A DNA stretch of 64,000 nt from Felis catus (lineage: Eukaryota), in the NCBI RefSeq assembly GCF_018350175.1, contig NC_058368.1, positions 62,001-126,000 of the forward strand, written 5' to 3'. The notes below the pieces were generated by a model. The model did no database searches. It was not told the origin of the DNA and saw nothing but the letters and a program-made list of their open reading frames with translations. Below are positions 50,626-62,987 of the stretch, in pieces. Within the stretch, counting starts at the first letter, position 1, and each line of letters begins with the position of its first letter. Position numbers and translations under genes: made by a program.

Positions 50626-51840
50626 CAGATGCCAAAGAGAGGGATGGTGGAAGGTAAGGAGGCAAACAAGGGGCATATTATGAGGGATCTTCTCACTTAA
50701 TCTGGGGAGTGTGTGCCCACTGTGTGCCAAGGGCATAAAAGCAGGTTTGAGATAAGATTTGTATCAGGAAGATCATTCACAGCTTCAGGAATGGAACAGA
50801 AAAGGACAAATCTGCAGGTGGTGAGATCAATTCAAGCAAGACCAGGGTGGTGATGAGGCTGTCATGGGGAGAAGCAGACAGATCTAAGAGGTCAGTGGAG
50901 ATTAGTGTAATGTTGGTGATGAGGATGCCAGGGTTGATCAGGGACAGTGGTTGCAAGATGCGGTGGACAATCCATGGTTACTGAGGGATGAAGCGGTGGG
51001 CTCATACTCATATTCCTGGCTGGGACCAATGGAAGGACAGGAGGTGGTGCCTTTCACTAAGACGGGGAGCCTGGAAAGGGGAACTGGTGGGGAAGAAGGT
51101 GGCACAGGTGTGGACACATGAATTTTGCTCAATGGCAGTTGAAGTTATCTTCAAGGAGGTAGATGGGTTTGTCCTGGGCAGCATCTTGAGGTACCCCACA
51201 TTTAAGGAAAGGACACAGGGAGACAAGGTGCAGAGGAATGAGGGACAGCCACAGAAGACAACTGGGAGAGTGGGGTGTGATGGAAGTAAAGGGGAGAGAA
51301 TGTTTGAGGATACAGAGGGATCAGCAAGGTAGGGCTGGAGAAGTGTATTTTGTCTTTAGTGGTAAGGTGGCCACAGATCACCGGGGAAACACTGGCAAGG
51401 TATGAGGAAAGCCAGGTTGCAGGGATGGCAGCTGTCACTCTTTTCTCCCTAGTCTGTGAGCTCCTTGGGGAAGCAGCAGTGTGCTAGACCTGGATGCGCT
51501 CATGAGAGGGGATCCCTGGGAGATCCAGGAATTTTGTGAACCTTTGTTAAATCACTGGTGGATTAAAATCAGCCATGGTGGGAGTTTTACACCACAGAAA
51601 TCAATAAAGGGCATAAACCAGGGCTTCCTGCCCTTCCCCTTTTCTGATGACAGCTGGTTTACCAGCACACCTCTGGCAAAGACTGTCTTTTTTGTAACTC
51701 AGTGCTTAGAATTTAATGACTAATCAGTGTCTGCTAAGTAAAGGCATGAGTGATTGAATGAATGAGTGATTGGATGAATAAATGAAACAATTGCAGAGTG
51801 CCTGTCATGCTGATTTCCTTCTCCTGTCATGGTCCTTTAG

Positions 51841-51959
51841 CTTCCTTGTGGGGCAGGATGGTGTCATTTATGAAGGAGTGGGCTGGAATGTCCAAGGCTC
51901 CCGTGCTCCTGGCTACAATGACATTGCCCTGGGCATTGCCTTCATGGGGACCTTCTTGG
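51841..51959 (+). CDS. PGLYRP4: PGLYRP4 coding exon 7
   Basis: FLVGQDGVIYEGVGWNVQGSRAPGYNDIALGIAFMGTFL; TTTAG| and G|GTAAGT. Confidence 0.95.
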
Positions 51960-52551
51960 GTAAGTGGATGCTTTGGGCAGTGACAATGACCTTTCATGGT
52001 ATGGTGTCTGAAAGAGTGTGTCTCACGTGGACAACAACAGCATCAAACTCAGGCATCACTGAGAGCCTGCATATCTTGGACTTACTGAGCTTCTGATTTG
52101 ATGTTTGACGAAGCTAAGTGTGACCAGGAATGACCCCCATCCCCCAGGCATAATGCCCACACACATCCAACCAAATGCCTCTCTCTTCTGACAAGACAAG
52201 AGGAAAATATCTTTGTGCATATGTTTTGCTAAGTTTTTTATGATGGCACCAATGTAGGGACCCTTGCCTTATTTGCCACAGCCCTGAATGAGCCCCTGTC
52301 TCTGCATCCAAAGTGTACACTGAGAATTGTCATTGCTCCCAGCTCTTGACCAGGGTTTGTTTAGACTCCGAGGCCTTTTGCTGAACCTCTGGGAAGAGGA
52401 GACTTTGCCACTTGGGGCTGGTTCAGGCTGATACTAAAATGGACACTGAGTGGGGCGAGGGGTGACCCAGGAAGGTACCTGCAGATGGGGCTGAGCATAT
52501 GAAGGTGCAGGAAGCATATCTGTGGCCAAAGCAAGGTTTCTCAGCTTCAGC

Positions 52552-52745
52552 ACTATTGACATCTTGGATCAGGTAATTCTTTGTATAGGGGCTGCCCTGT
52601 ACATTGTAGGACGTTTAGCAGCATCCCTGGCTTCTGCCACCAGATACTTGTATCACCCCTTGCCTAGCTGTGACAACCAAAAAATGTCTCTACACAGTGC
52701 CAAATATCCTATGGGAGGCTAAATTCCCCCAGTAGGGAACTATCA
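52552..52745. mobile_element. MER20-like hAT MITE
   Basis: GTTTCTCAGCTTCAGCACTATTGACATCTTGGATCAGGTAATTCTTTG...GTGACAACCAAAAAATGTCTC...GCCAAATATCC. Confidence 0.75.
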
Positions 52746-53006
52746 GGCAGGCCTATTTACAGCAGACAAAGGCTCTTTACATCCCCAAATGATTGTATGT
52801 TTTATCCCAGACTCTGCTATTTTCATTTGGGAAGAACTTTGGTGCTGAGAAATCTGAGTCTTGACTTGGTTTTCTGTCTACAGGATGGCAATAGTGGAAT
52901 ATATTAGCTTGGTGGTAGGGGTGGGTTAGGGGTGATTCTGGAATGGGTCCTTCCTTAGGCAGGGTGCCCTGGAATCCTAGAACAGATGGATAACTCTGTT
53001 TTGCAG

Positions 53007-53185
53007 GTACCCCACCCAATGCTGCAGCCCTGGAGGCAGCCCAGAACCTGATCCAGTGTGCAGTGGACAAGGAGTATTTAACTCCCAACTACCTGCTGGT
53101 GGGACACAGTGATATTGTCAATACACTGTCTCCTGGGGAAGCTTTGTACAACATCATTAAGACTTGGCCTCATTTCAAACACTGA
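53007..53185 (+). CDS. PGLYRP4: PGLYRP4 last coding exon
   Basis: GTPPNAAALEAAQNLIQCAVDKEYLTPNYLLVGHSDIVNTLSPGEALYNIIKTWPHFKH then TGA; Ser (LSPG) in place of the amidase Zn-ligand Cys, as in non-amidase PGRPs; exon lengths sum to 1116 nt = 371 aa + stop. Confidence 0.95.
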
Positions 53186-53777
53186 AGGAACCCCTGCTCC
53201 TTCTGAGACTGCTTGTCCCGCCTGGCTGCTGGGCCTCCCCTGTTCTCACCCTCCATCCTGACTCAACACCTTGTGTCCCCTCCATGTCAGCCCCATCCTG
53301 CCCCTCCTTTCTCAGGTTAGGATGATTCTCTCCTGCTAGCACCACCCCCCAGCAGCCCCAAACCCTGGAGCTGGGCATTACCAGCCCTTTGAGTGAGCCC
53401 CACCTTCCTCACTCCTCATCTTCCCGTCCCCTGGGCACCCAGCTCCTAAGCCAGGTGGGAAGATGGGCTGATCCTTGTTTGACTTCTCGTTCCCTCTCTG
53501 GCTGCCCCTCTGCCCCATGTACTTCCCCTGCCGTCTGCCCAGCAGCCCCCAAGCCTCACACAGGACCCAGGTCAAGGCCCAAAACCCCTCTCTGCTCACA
53601 CAGCCACTTGTCCCCATGTGGATGCAGCCCTTATTTCAGGGCTCATTGCTTACAGGTGTGGTTGTTCTCTCCACTGGATTGTGAGGGTTTCCAGGTTTAT
53701 TTGCCCCCATGTCCTTGATTCCTCAGCAGAAGCTGGAGTCTTGTGTGTGCTATAGATATTTGTTGGAGATGTGGATG

Positions 53778-53783
53778 AATAAA
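53778..53783 (+). terminator. Probable PGLYRP4 polyadenylation signal AATAAA
   Basis: First AATAAA I found after the stop codon, ~600 nt downstream. Confidence 0.6.
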
Positions 53784-55330
53784 CAAATATGTGGGTCGAG
53801 TCCCTGCTTCCCTTTCCAGTCTGTTCCACCACCCCCTCTCTTTGGGGACACCTTCTGGGACTGTCCCCCATCCTGCCATTTTCTCTCTGTTCTTGCCTCT
53901 CCCAGTCTGAGGCTCAGAGCCAGCTCTGGTCACTTGTCTGTAATGGTTGATGTGCCTCTAGGCTCCTGTGTCCTGTCCTCCCCAAGTTCCCCGAGGGCAG
54001 AGACAGTACTCCTCCAGGTCCAGCTGGGCTGTGTCCACACAAGCCACCAGTGCCTGCAGCCTTCCCTTGCCCAGCTGTGCCCACTGGCCTTGGGGATCAG
54101 CGGGGACCCAGAGCATAGCACTCTGCAGCCCTTCTGGCCCGGTCTCCTGCTGCCCAGAGGGAAGCCAGATACTTTCAGTTGGGGGAGACAGTATTTTGCT
54201 GTTCACTGGAAGTATATCAGCTAGATCTTGTTTCTCCTGATCTGGAAACAAGGCGGGGGGGGGGGGGGAGGGCGGACAGGAAGAAGAAGGGGAGGGATAA
54301 ATAGAAGTAGCCAGAAATAGGGACTTCCGCACCCCTCACCTTTGTACTGTGTCCTTGCCCTTAGAGTGTTTTACATCTCTTCAACAAGGCAGGTTTTAAC
54401 AACCTCTCATTTTTACAGTCTTTTTTCTTTTCAGAGACTGTCTGTGATGTTACTGGATTTTCTGTCCTTTTGTCATTTGTCCTCAGGCCACCTGGCATGT
54501 AAGCAGAGGAAGGAATTATTTATCTGAAGTGTCAAGTAGGCCCAGTGCCCCTTCCTGACTTACCCAGCCATCAGAGGTAGCTCCAGGAGAACCCCCTGGG
54601 CTCTCTCTTCTAGAGGCTCCTTCCTTGGGGGCACAACTTCCCAGAGGAACATAATGTTTCTCTATCTCTTAAAACATTGAGGATGAGTTTCCCAGCCGTC
54701 ACACAGGGAGGACCCAAAAAGGTGGATATAAGATGCTAAGAAATAGTCTCACAATAAAAATTATCCTTCAAATTTCTTGACTTTTCTTACAATCCTCCCT
54801 TTGACTGAGGAAGGGTCTTGTGCCTTTGCTTCAAACCTGATCCCCAGGCCTCAGAGTCTCATTGGCCTCCCCTACACCCTACCCCAGGCAGGCTGTGAAC
54901 AGGGCTGTTGACTTCCCCATCTCCCCCAGCACTCATCAAGGTCTCCTCAAATCAACAAAACTGTGTGGTCTGGATTACTGTCTCCTCCATATTATTGACT
55001 TTTATTGGCCTCACCCACACAATCTGAGTAAAAGCAGAGCACTCAACTGTCAAATGCTTTTTTAAAGGCAAATTCTGAGGCAGCCCATTCTGTGCAGTTG
55101 GCACTTCTGAGTCCTCAGTATAGAAAAATTCTTCCCAACTCCCCTCAATCATGTAAAGTGGGGTTCATAGTGCCCCTTGCCACATCAGAAGATTGCTGTG
55201 AGGATTAAGTGAATTAAAATGTGTTAATGTCTTAGACCTCATGGTTGGCATGTGATAATGTTTCCATTAAAGTTTGTGGAGCTATGGTTATTCTTGTTAT
55301 TGCTGTGATTTTGCACCAGGCAGTAGCTTG

Positions 55331-55578
55331 TGTAGGGGTCAAGAGCAGGCTGCCCCAAAGTGTGCCTCTTGGGCATACCGATTATTTTAACTGAAAGTCC
55401 CGTCAGGGTGCCTGGGTGGCTTAGTCCCTTAAGCGGCCGATTTCCCCTCAGGTCATGATCTCCAGGTTCGCCTGTTTGACGTCCTGCATTGGGCTCTCTG
55501 CTGTCAGCATGGAGCCTGCTTGGGATCCTCTGTTTCCCTGTTTACCTGCCCTTCCCCTGCTTGTGCGCTTGCTCGCGC

Positions 55579-55612
<34 letters not shown>

Positions 55613-56100
55613 AAAAATAAATAAACATTAAAAAAGTCACTTCAGAGACAGTCTGTGCAAGAAGGACACTCAAACCCTCCTCCACCCCCCTGAGAGAAGG
55701 AATACATATCCCATGTGAAAAGGGATGCAGGAGGGAAAGAGACACCCTTATCACCAGAGGTGGGAAATTTAGAAAAGAGGAGGCTGTATAACAACCCTTG
55801 TTACTTTTTACTAATTTACTACCCCAGCCCAAAATCTGTTTAAAATCCCTTATGAATTGAAGCCTCCCAGTGTTAAGTTTTCTTTGTCCTGTCAATACCT
55901 CACAGACTTATTGTCTATTTGTCTGAAAAGTATAAAAACTGCCTGCCTGGTCACTTCTTTGGTCTTAATTTCATTCCTGGGCCTCTGTGCACATTTAATA
56001 AAACTTTGGTTTTTTTCCTACTGTTAATCTGTGTCCTGTAAATTTAATTGCTCGTCCAGCGAAGACCTTCAGGGTAGAGAAGAACTTTCTCTTTCCTTCA
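55331..56100 (+). mobile_element. MER34-like ERV1 solo LTR with nested Can-SINE (55406-55635)
   Basis: TGTAGGGGTCAAGAGC...GCCCCAAAGTGTGCCTCTTGGGCATA start; TATAAAAA at ~55931; AATAAA at ~55997; ends ...TTCCTTCA. Confidence 0.72.
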
Positions 56101-58954
56101 GTATCTATTAGTCCTATTTGCAACAGGAAGGATGTGCCTTTGCAGGCACCAGCTGAGGCAGCCCCTGGGAGTCTGGCACTCCCTAGGAGAGCAGGCTGGC
56201 CTGAAGTTTGCTGAGCACAGGTCTTGGCAGGTCTGAAGGAGCCCATGATGAAGGAGGGACACCTTTTTCACAGTCCCTGGCTGTCAGGTTGTGAGGGACT
56301 CTAAAGGTCATCTTGACAGTTGTTTTCAACAACTGTAAGCTTGGGGGAAAAAAAGCCAAATGAAGTTTTCTTTGATTCCAGAACAAAATACTAATCTGGC
56401 TAATGCCCCACATGTTATTAAAAACTGAACCCAAGAGGGCCAGACGACCTGTTCAAGTTCACTCTGTGAGTTAAAGAAAGGAAGGAGCATGGCACCATTT
56501 CTTTCATACCTCTGGTCAAAATCATTTTATGGTCCCTCCTTTCTGACAGGGTAATGTAAACAACTCAGCAAGCACAGCAACCAGGGCTTTCTACAATCTC
56601 ACTCCAAGTTACCTTTTCCCATAGAATGAGCCCAAGTGGTCAAGGTATGGGCTTGCTTCTTGGGTTTGCCCATCTTGGAGCCTTTGCCCACGCTTTCCCT
56701 TCCCTGCTCTTGACTACTGCAATTCCACTAGCTTTTAAGACACTTATCCAGGCTAGTTCTTCCAGAAGGCTTCTTGCTTCTTCAGACCAGAAATCACATT
56801 TTCCTCCCCCAAGTGCCCAGGAACTTTACCTGGGCCTCTTGGTGACTCGTCACGGCTCCCCACACCCCCCCCCCCGCAATCTCCCTCCCAACCCTGACTC
56901 TCCAGGCTGTGCCTCACCTGTCAGGGCTCAGGATATCCAGGAGCACACTGAGGGCATCTTTTTGTCTGCGCAAGAAAGGAAGGGCAGGAGCCACACCGGG
57001 GCAGGGCTGAGTGAACACAGGCAGCATTCCCAGCCTGGGAGGGTGGCTGCTCTTCCCTCAGCTGGGCTTGAGATATTTCTCAGACTGGAAAATCCCCATG
57101 TCTTCACACTGACTGAAACTACCCACTGGTGCAGCCCTGTGATTTCTCACAGGCTGGTTCCATCTTCTTTCCAGGCCATTCATTGCTCCCACCTTCCAGT
57201 GCCCCGTCCCCATCAGTGAGAGTTGGGGAAAGACATTCTTCACCATCAAAGTTCCCTTGCCACTCTTGGAGGCTTTTGTGCCCTTCTCACTGTGGAGGCC
57301 ACAGCCAGGGTTGGGGGCACCACTCCCCTGCCTAACCCCTACCTGTGCTCCCTGGCTCTTCCTCTATCTCTTTGGCTTCTTTCTTCCCCACTTTGGCTGT
57401 GTTTCCTCTCTCTCTTTTGTATGTCTTCCTCCCACCAGTGCCTGTCTTTCTTTTCTCCTTCTCTCATGCTGCCTCCCCCTCTCTCCTCAGTGCTTCTCAT
57501 TTTCTGTCTCTTGCTGCGCTTCTACTTCTGTGTCTGCCCTGATTTTGCCCTTTCTCTTTTGCTTTCTCCAGCATGCAGAATACGGCAGCATGAAAGAAAC
57601 AGCCAAAAGGGGTCTGAGACTGTAGACCCCTGCCACTTCACCCCACCTTGCCCCAGGGCTTCCAGGTGGCTCTGGGGAATGCACACATTTTCCAGAGCTT
57701 AGAGCCACAAAGAAGCAGAGGTGGGACAGGTGTTTCTGGCCCAGCAGGTTCTTCCTGGCAGGTCTGACTAAGGGCAAGGCCTTAATTAGAAATGCTGGCT
57801 GGGAGAGAAGGGAAGGTGTTATTATCTGGGAAGAGTGTAGGTGGGGTGGGAGGTCCTGTGAGGTGTGGCAGGGACTTCTGGGGGACTTTCTGCAGAAGCT
57901 AGAGTAAGAAGTGCCTCTTCATGGTAGGGAGCTGGAGGATCCTTCACAGGGTGTCTGGGAGCACTTTGGTACCCAAGAGTGATGCAGCTGTCTGCATGTG
58001 CGGCGAGCTGGGAAATTTCTTAACTCATCCTCCAGGCTCAGCTCGTGAGTTCCTTCTTCTCAGAATCCATCTCTTGAGGCCCCAGAATTAGGATTCTCCT
58101 ATTCAGTTCTTCTTTGGCACTCTGTTCATCTGTAATTATTTTTTACATAATTATAAATCTGTGTGTGTACCCATGTGTATATATGTTTTATATGGTCTGA
58201 CCCACTAGATTCTGAGTGTTATGAGAGTGGGGACCATGTTTCCCCCATTCATGTCTCTATCTCCTCCTGGTGCATAGTAAGTGCTCGGTAAACATTTTAG
58301 ACATGGAGAATTCCAAGGGGGAACAAGTGCTGTGATTGTTTAATGACTTGTCTTGGAACAAGTGGCAAGTGCAGTTTGTTTGTCTGGTCTGTCCTGGATG
58401 GGGTCCCTTCCACTGGCTCATCACATGGAGGATGGGAGAGGGAGAAGGAGCCAGGGTGTGAAGATGGGGGGATCAGAAGGAAACTGACCTGGGTCAAACC
58501 AGATCACAGCAGAGCCACAGAGTGGACACCCATATGTGGATAATTGAGATAGCTGAGTGCCTAATATACTCAGTGGTCTTTTCTTTATGCAGACTCTGTT
58601 GGGCACATGATATACATGATTTCATTTAATCTTCAAGACAGCTCTATAGGGCTCTTTGACAGCTGAGGAAATTGAGACTGGGCTTGGAGAGATTATGTCA
58701 CCTTCTTAAGGTCACATAGCTAGTGCATGCCAGCACTGAGGTGAGTCTCTGTTCTCCAGGCTGTTCTCTAGGTTGCTCACATTCCTTTTACAATGGGTGG
58801 AAAAAATACCCAGGGGTCCCTTACTCAGACAAAGTTCATTGGAACAATTACTTCCCTTGATCCAACAATATTCTTTAATTTATAAGGTGATACCTGAAAA
58901 ATCCTGTGTAAGTGGTGTAGTATTGAATTCATGTTGTAATAGTGATAGCAATAG

Positions 58955-59272
58955 CAAACAAAAAAACAAACAGACTCTTATACAGAGAACAAACTGGTAG
59001 TTGGCAGAGGGGAGATTGGTGGGGGAGTATGGGTGAAATATATAAAGGAGATTAAAAGGTACAATCTTCCTGTTCTAAAGTAAATAAGTCACAGAGATGC
59101 CAATACAGCATAAGGAATATAGTCACTAATATTGTAGTAACATGTGGTGACAGATGTTGACTATACTTACTGTGGGGAGCCCTGAGTAATGTACATAATT
59201 GTTGAATCACAATGCTGTATACCCGGAACTAATATAGCATTGCATGTCAATTATGCTTCAATAAAAAAATAA
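58955..59272 (+). mobile_element. Old L1 3'UTR fragment
   Basis: ACAGAGAACAAACTGGTAGTTGGCAGAGGGG...AGTCACAGAGATG...GAACTAATATAGCATTG...TCAATAAAAAAAT. Confidence 0.7.
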
Positions 59273-59919
59273 TATTAGCAATGCATTCCAAGACTGCCTT
59301 TTGGTTACACCATCTGGTCCACTGGCCCAGTGGGTCTTTCCATCACAACTGCTACTAACCCACCTCTTACCCCTTCATGCCCTCATCAGGCCCATTTTTC
59401 AACCTAAATGTGGGACTCCAGTTTGTCCTGATTTAGTATAATAGCAGTATTTCCTCATAGTTAAAATCTATTGAAATCTTTTGGATTTTTATTTCATCAT
59501 TTTCTATGAGTCATAGCTCCTTCTTCTTCTTCAGCATTTTATTCAAATCCTTCATGGTCACCTCCCAGACATCCACAGGCATTGTACAACCAGATCCAGG
59601 CACTCCTACATACATTGCCCCATTTTACCTTTGCAAAGAGGTGCAAGGAGGACACTGTGCTCCCATTTCCCAGATGAATAAGTGAGGAGATGTGGTCAAG
59701 AACCTAGATTGAGGCCCCTCCCCCTGCACCACCATTGCCTTGTATAGTTTTTCCAGAAATCTACCTTAAAGATGATTAAGCCATCTAGCAGTCATCTTCT
59801 AGCCACAAATCTCTGCTGTTTGTTGCAGAAACTACAAATATGATAGATAGCAAGTGCTATTGATCATTCATTCCCTATAATTCTGCAAATGCTAAAGGGA
59901 GACACAAATTGTGGCTAAA

Positions 59920-60173
59920 GTGTGTGCATGTGTGTGTGTGTGTGTGTGTGTGTGGTGTGCTGTGTGTGGTTCATGGGGTGTGTGTGGGGTGTGTGTGTGT
60001 GTGGTATGGTGTGGTATATACGTGTGTGTGTGGTATGTGTGTGTGGTGTATGTGTGGTGTATATGTGTGTGTAGTATGTGGTATATGTGGGTATGTCTGG
60101 CGTGTGTGTGGAAGATGTGTGTGGTGTGTGTGGTATGTGGTGTGTGTGTGTATGTGTGTGTGTGTGTGGTGTG
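59920..60173. repeat. Degenerate (TG)n/TGTGG microsatellite
   Basis: Directly visible; same composition as the 9.4-17.5 kb tract. Confidence 0.9.
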
Positions 60174-60700
60174 ACAATGTCATTGTTCATTCCTATCAAT
60201 TAGTCCATTTCATTATGGAGCACCCACAGACATTATTTCATTTTATGTCAGCATTCTTATGAACCCCAATATGGAATTTTTATTCTTGTTTTTTACTAAA
60301 TTAAACTCCATTCTTAACTATTCTCCCTTCTTATTCTTTTTACATACATGTCATGAGTTCACATTTTAGGTGTGCATCTTCCAGTCTGGTGGCCATGGAT
60401 CTGGATGTGGCCCCTTAACTCTTCAAGTTATCTTTGGGTACCCCAGCATGTTACTGACCCAGGCACACAGGGAATAGTGTATGTATATAGTAAGCCAGAA
60501 ATGACAAGTCCAAGGACTTTTCTGAGTGATGTGTGGTTTGTGGAGGGTGGATAGAGCTTCATGATCTGTAGACTTCTGGTGTTTGAGGAAATTAAAGGTA
60601 TGTTGCTACTTAAAATCAGAGACTCTTGGTTTGGATTCTAGCCCAGTGAAGCCAAGGATACTTTGTTGAACTCTTTCGGTTTGTTACTCTGTCAGATTTA

Positions 60701-62987
60701 TTTGTTTGTTTGTTTTGTTTGTTTATATTTATTTTTATATGAAATTTATTGTCAGATTGTGTTCCATACAACGACCCAGTGCTCATCCCAACAAGTGCCC
60801 TCCTCAATGCCCATCACCCACCCACTCCTCCCTCCCCCCCCATCAACCCTAAGTTTATTCTCAGTTTTGAAGAGTCTCTTATGGTTTGGCTCTCTCCCTC
60901 TCTAACTTTTTTTTCCTTCCCCTTCCCCAGGGTCTTCTGTTAAGTTTCTCAGGATCCACATAAGAATGAAAACATATGGTATCTGTCTTTCTCTGTATGA
61001 TTTATTTCACTTAGTGTAACACTCTCCAGTTCCATCCACGTTGCTACAAAAGGCCATATTTCATTCTTTCTCATTGCCAAGTAGTATCCCATTGTGTATA
61101 TAAACCACAATTTCCTTATCCATTCATCAGTTCATGGACATTTAGGCTCTTTCCATAATTTAGCTATTGTTGAAAATACTGCTATAAACATTGGGGTACA
61201 AGTGTCTCTATACATCAGCACTCCTGTATCCCTTAGGTAAATTCCTAGCAGGGCTATTGCTGGGTCATAGAGTAGATCTATTCTTAATTTTTTGAGGAAC
61301 CTCCACACTGTTTTCCAGAGCGGCTGCACCAGTTTGCATTCCCACCAACAGTGCAAGAGGGTTCCCGTTTCTCCACATCCTCGCCAGCATATATAGTCTC
61401 CTGATTTGTTCATTTTAGCCACTCTGACTGGCATGAGGTGGTATCTGGGTGTGATTTTCATTTGTATTTCCCTGATGAGGAGTGACGTTGAGCATCTTTT
61501 CATGTGCCTGTTGGCCATCTGGATGTCTTCTTTAGAGAAGTGTCTATTCATGTTTTCTGTCCATTCTTCACTGGATTATTTCCTGTCAATTGATGCAGAA
61601 AAAGCGTTTGACAAAATTCAGCATCCTTTCTTAGTAAAAACCCTCGAGAAAGTTGGGATAGAAGGAACATACTTAAACATCACAAAAGCCATTTATGAAA
61701 AGCCCACAGCTAATATCATCCTCAGTGGGGAAAAACTAAGAGCTTTCTCCCTAAGATCAGGAGCACGACAGGGATGTCCACTCTCACTGCTGTTGTTTAA
61801 CATAGTGTTAGAAGTTCTAGCATCAGCAATCAGACAACAAAATGAAATAAAAGGCATCCAAATTGGCAAAGATGAAGTCAAGCTTTCACTTTTTGCAGAT
61901 GACATTATATTATACATGGAAAATCCGATAGACTCCACCAAAAGTCTGCTAGAACTGATACATGAATTCAACAAAGTAGCAGTATACAAAGTAAATGTAC
62001 AAAAATCAGTTGCATTCTTAAACACTAATAATGAAGCAACAGAAAGACAAAGAAACTGATCCCATTCACAATTGCACCAAGAAGCATGAAATATCTAGGA
62101 ATAAACCTAACCAAAGATGTAAAAGATCTGTATGCTGAAAACTATAGAAAGCTTATGAAGGAAATTGAAGAAGATATAAAGAAATGGAAAAACATTCTGT
62201 GCTCATGGATTGGAAGAATAAATATTGTTAAAATGTCAATACTACCCAAAGCAATCTACATATTCAATGCAATCCCAATCAAAATTGCAGCAGCATTCAT
62301 CTCGAAGCTAGAACAAGCAATCCAAGAATTTGTATGGAACCACAAAAGACCCCAAATAACCAAAGTAATATTGAAGAAGAAGACCAAAGTGGGAGGCATC
62401 ACAATCCCAGACTTTAGCCTCTACTACAAAGCTGTAATCATGAAGACAGCATGGTATTGGCACAAAAACTGACACATAAACCAATGGAATAGAAAAGGGA
62501 TTCCAGAATTATACCCACAAAAGTATGGCCAACTAATCTTTGACAAAGCAGGAAAGAATATCTAGTGGAAAAAAGACAGTTTCTTTAACAAATGGTGCTG
62601 GGAGAACTGGACAGCAGCATGCAGAAGAATTAAACTAGACCACTTTCTTACACCATTCACAAAAATAAACTCAAAATGGACAGAGGACCTGAATGTAAGA
62701 CAGGAAACTATCAAAACCCTAGAGGAAAAAGCAGGAAAAAACCTCTCTGACCTCAGCCACAGCAATTTCTTACTTGACACATCCCCAAAGGCAAGGGAAT
62801 TAAAAGCAAAAATGAACTATTGGGACCTCATGAAGAGAAAAAGCTTCTGCACTGCAAAGGAAACAGTAAACAAAACTAAAAGGAAACCAACAGAATGGGA
62901 AAAGATATTTGCAAATGACATATCAGACAAAGGGCTAGTATCCAAAATCTATAAAGAACTCACCAAAGTCCACACCTGAAAAACAAA
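60701..62987 (-). mobile_element. 5'-truncated, 5'-inverted (twin-primed) L1
   Basis: 60701-61580 is the L1 3' end on the minus strand with T-rich tail at left; 61581-62987 is ORF2 RT region on the plus strand; 16-bp TSD TA(C/T)TCTGTCA(G/A)ATTTA at 60685-60700 and 62988-63003. Confidence 0.92.

Noticed and set aside
53007..53185. Calling the gene PGLYRP3 or a PGLYRP3/4 chimera
   Set aside because: Exon 2 and the domain 1 sequence are PGLYRP4-type; the last exon is similar in both paralogues and also resembles recalled mouse Pglyrp4
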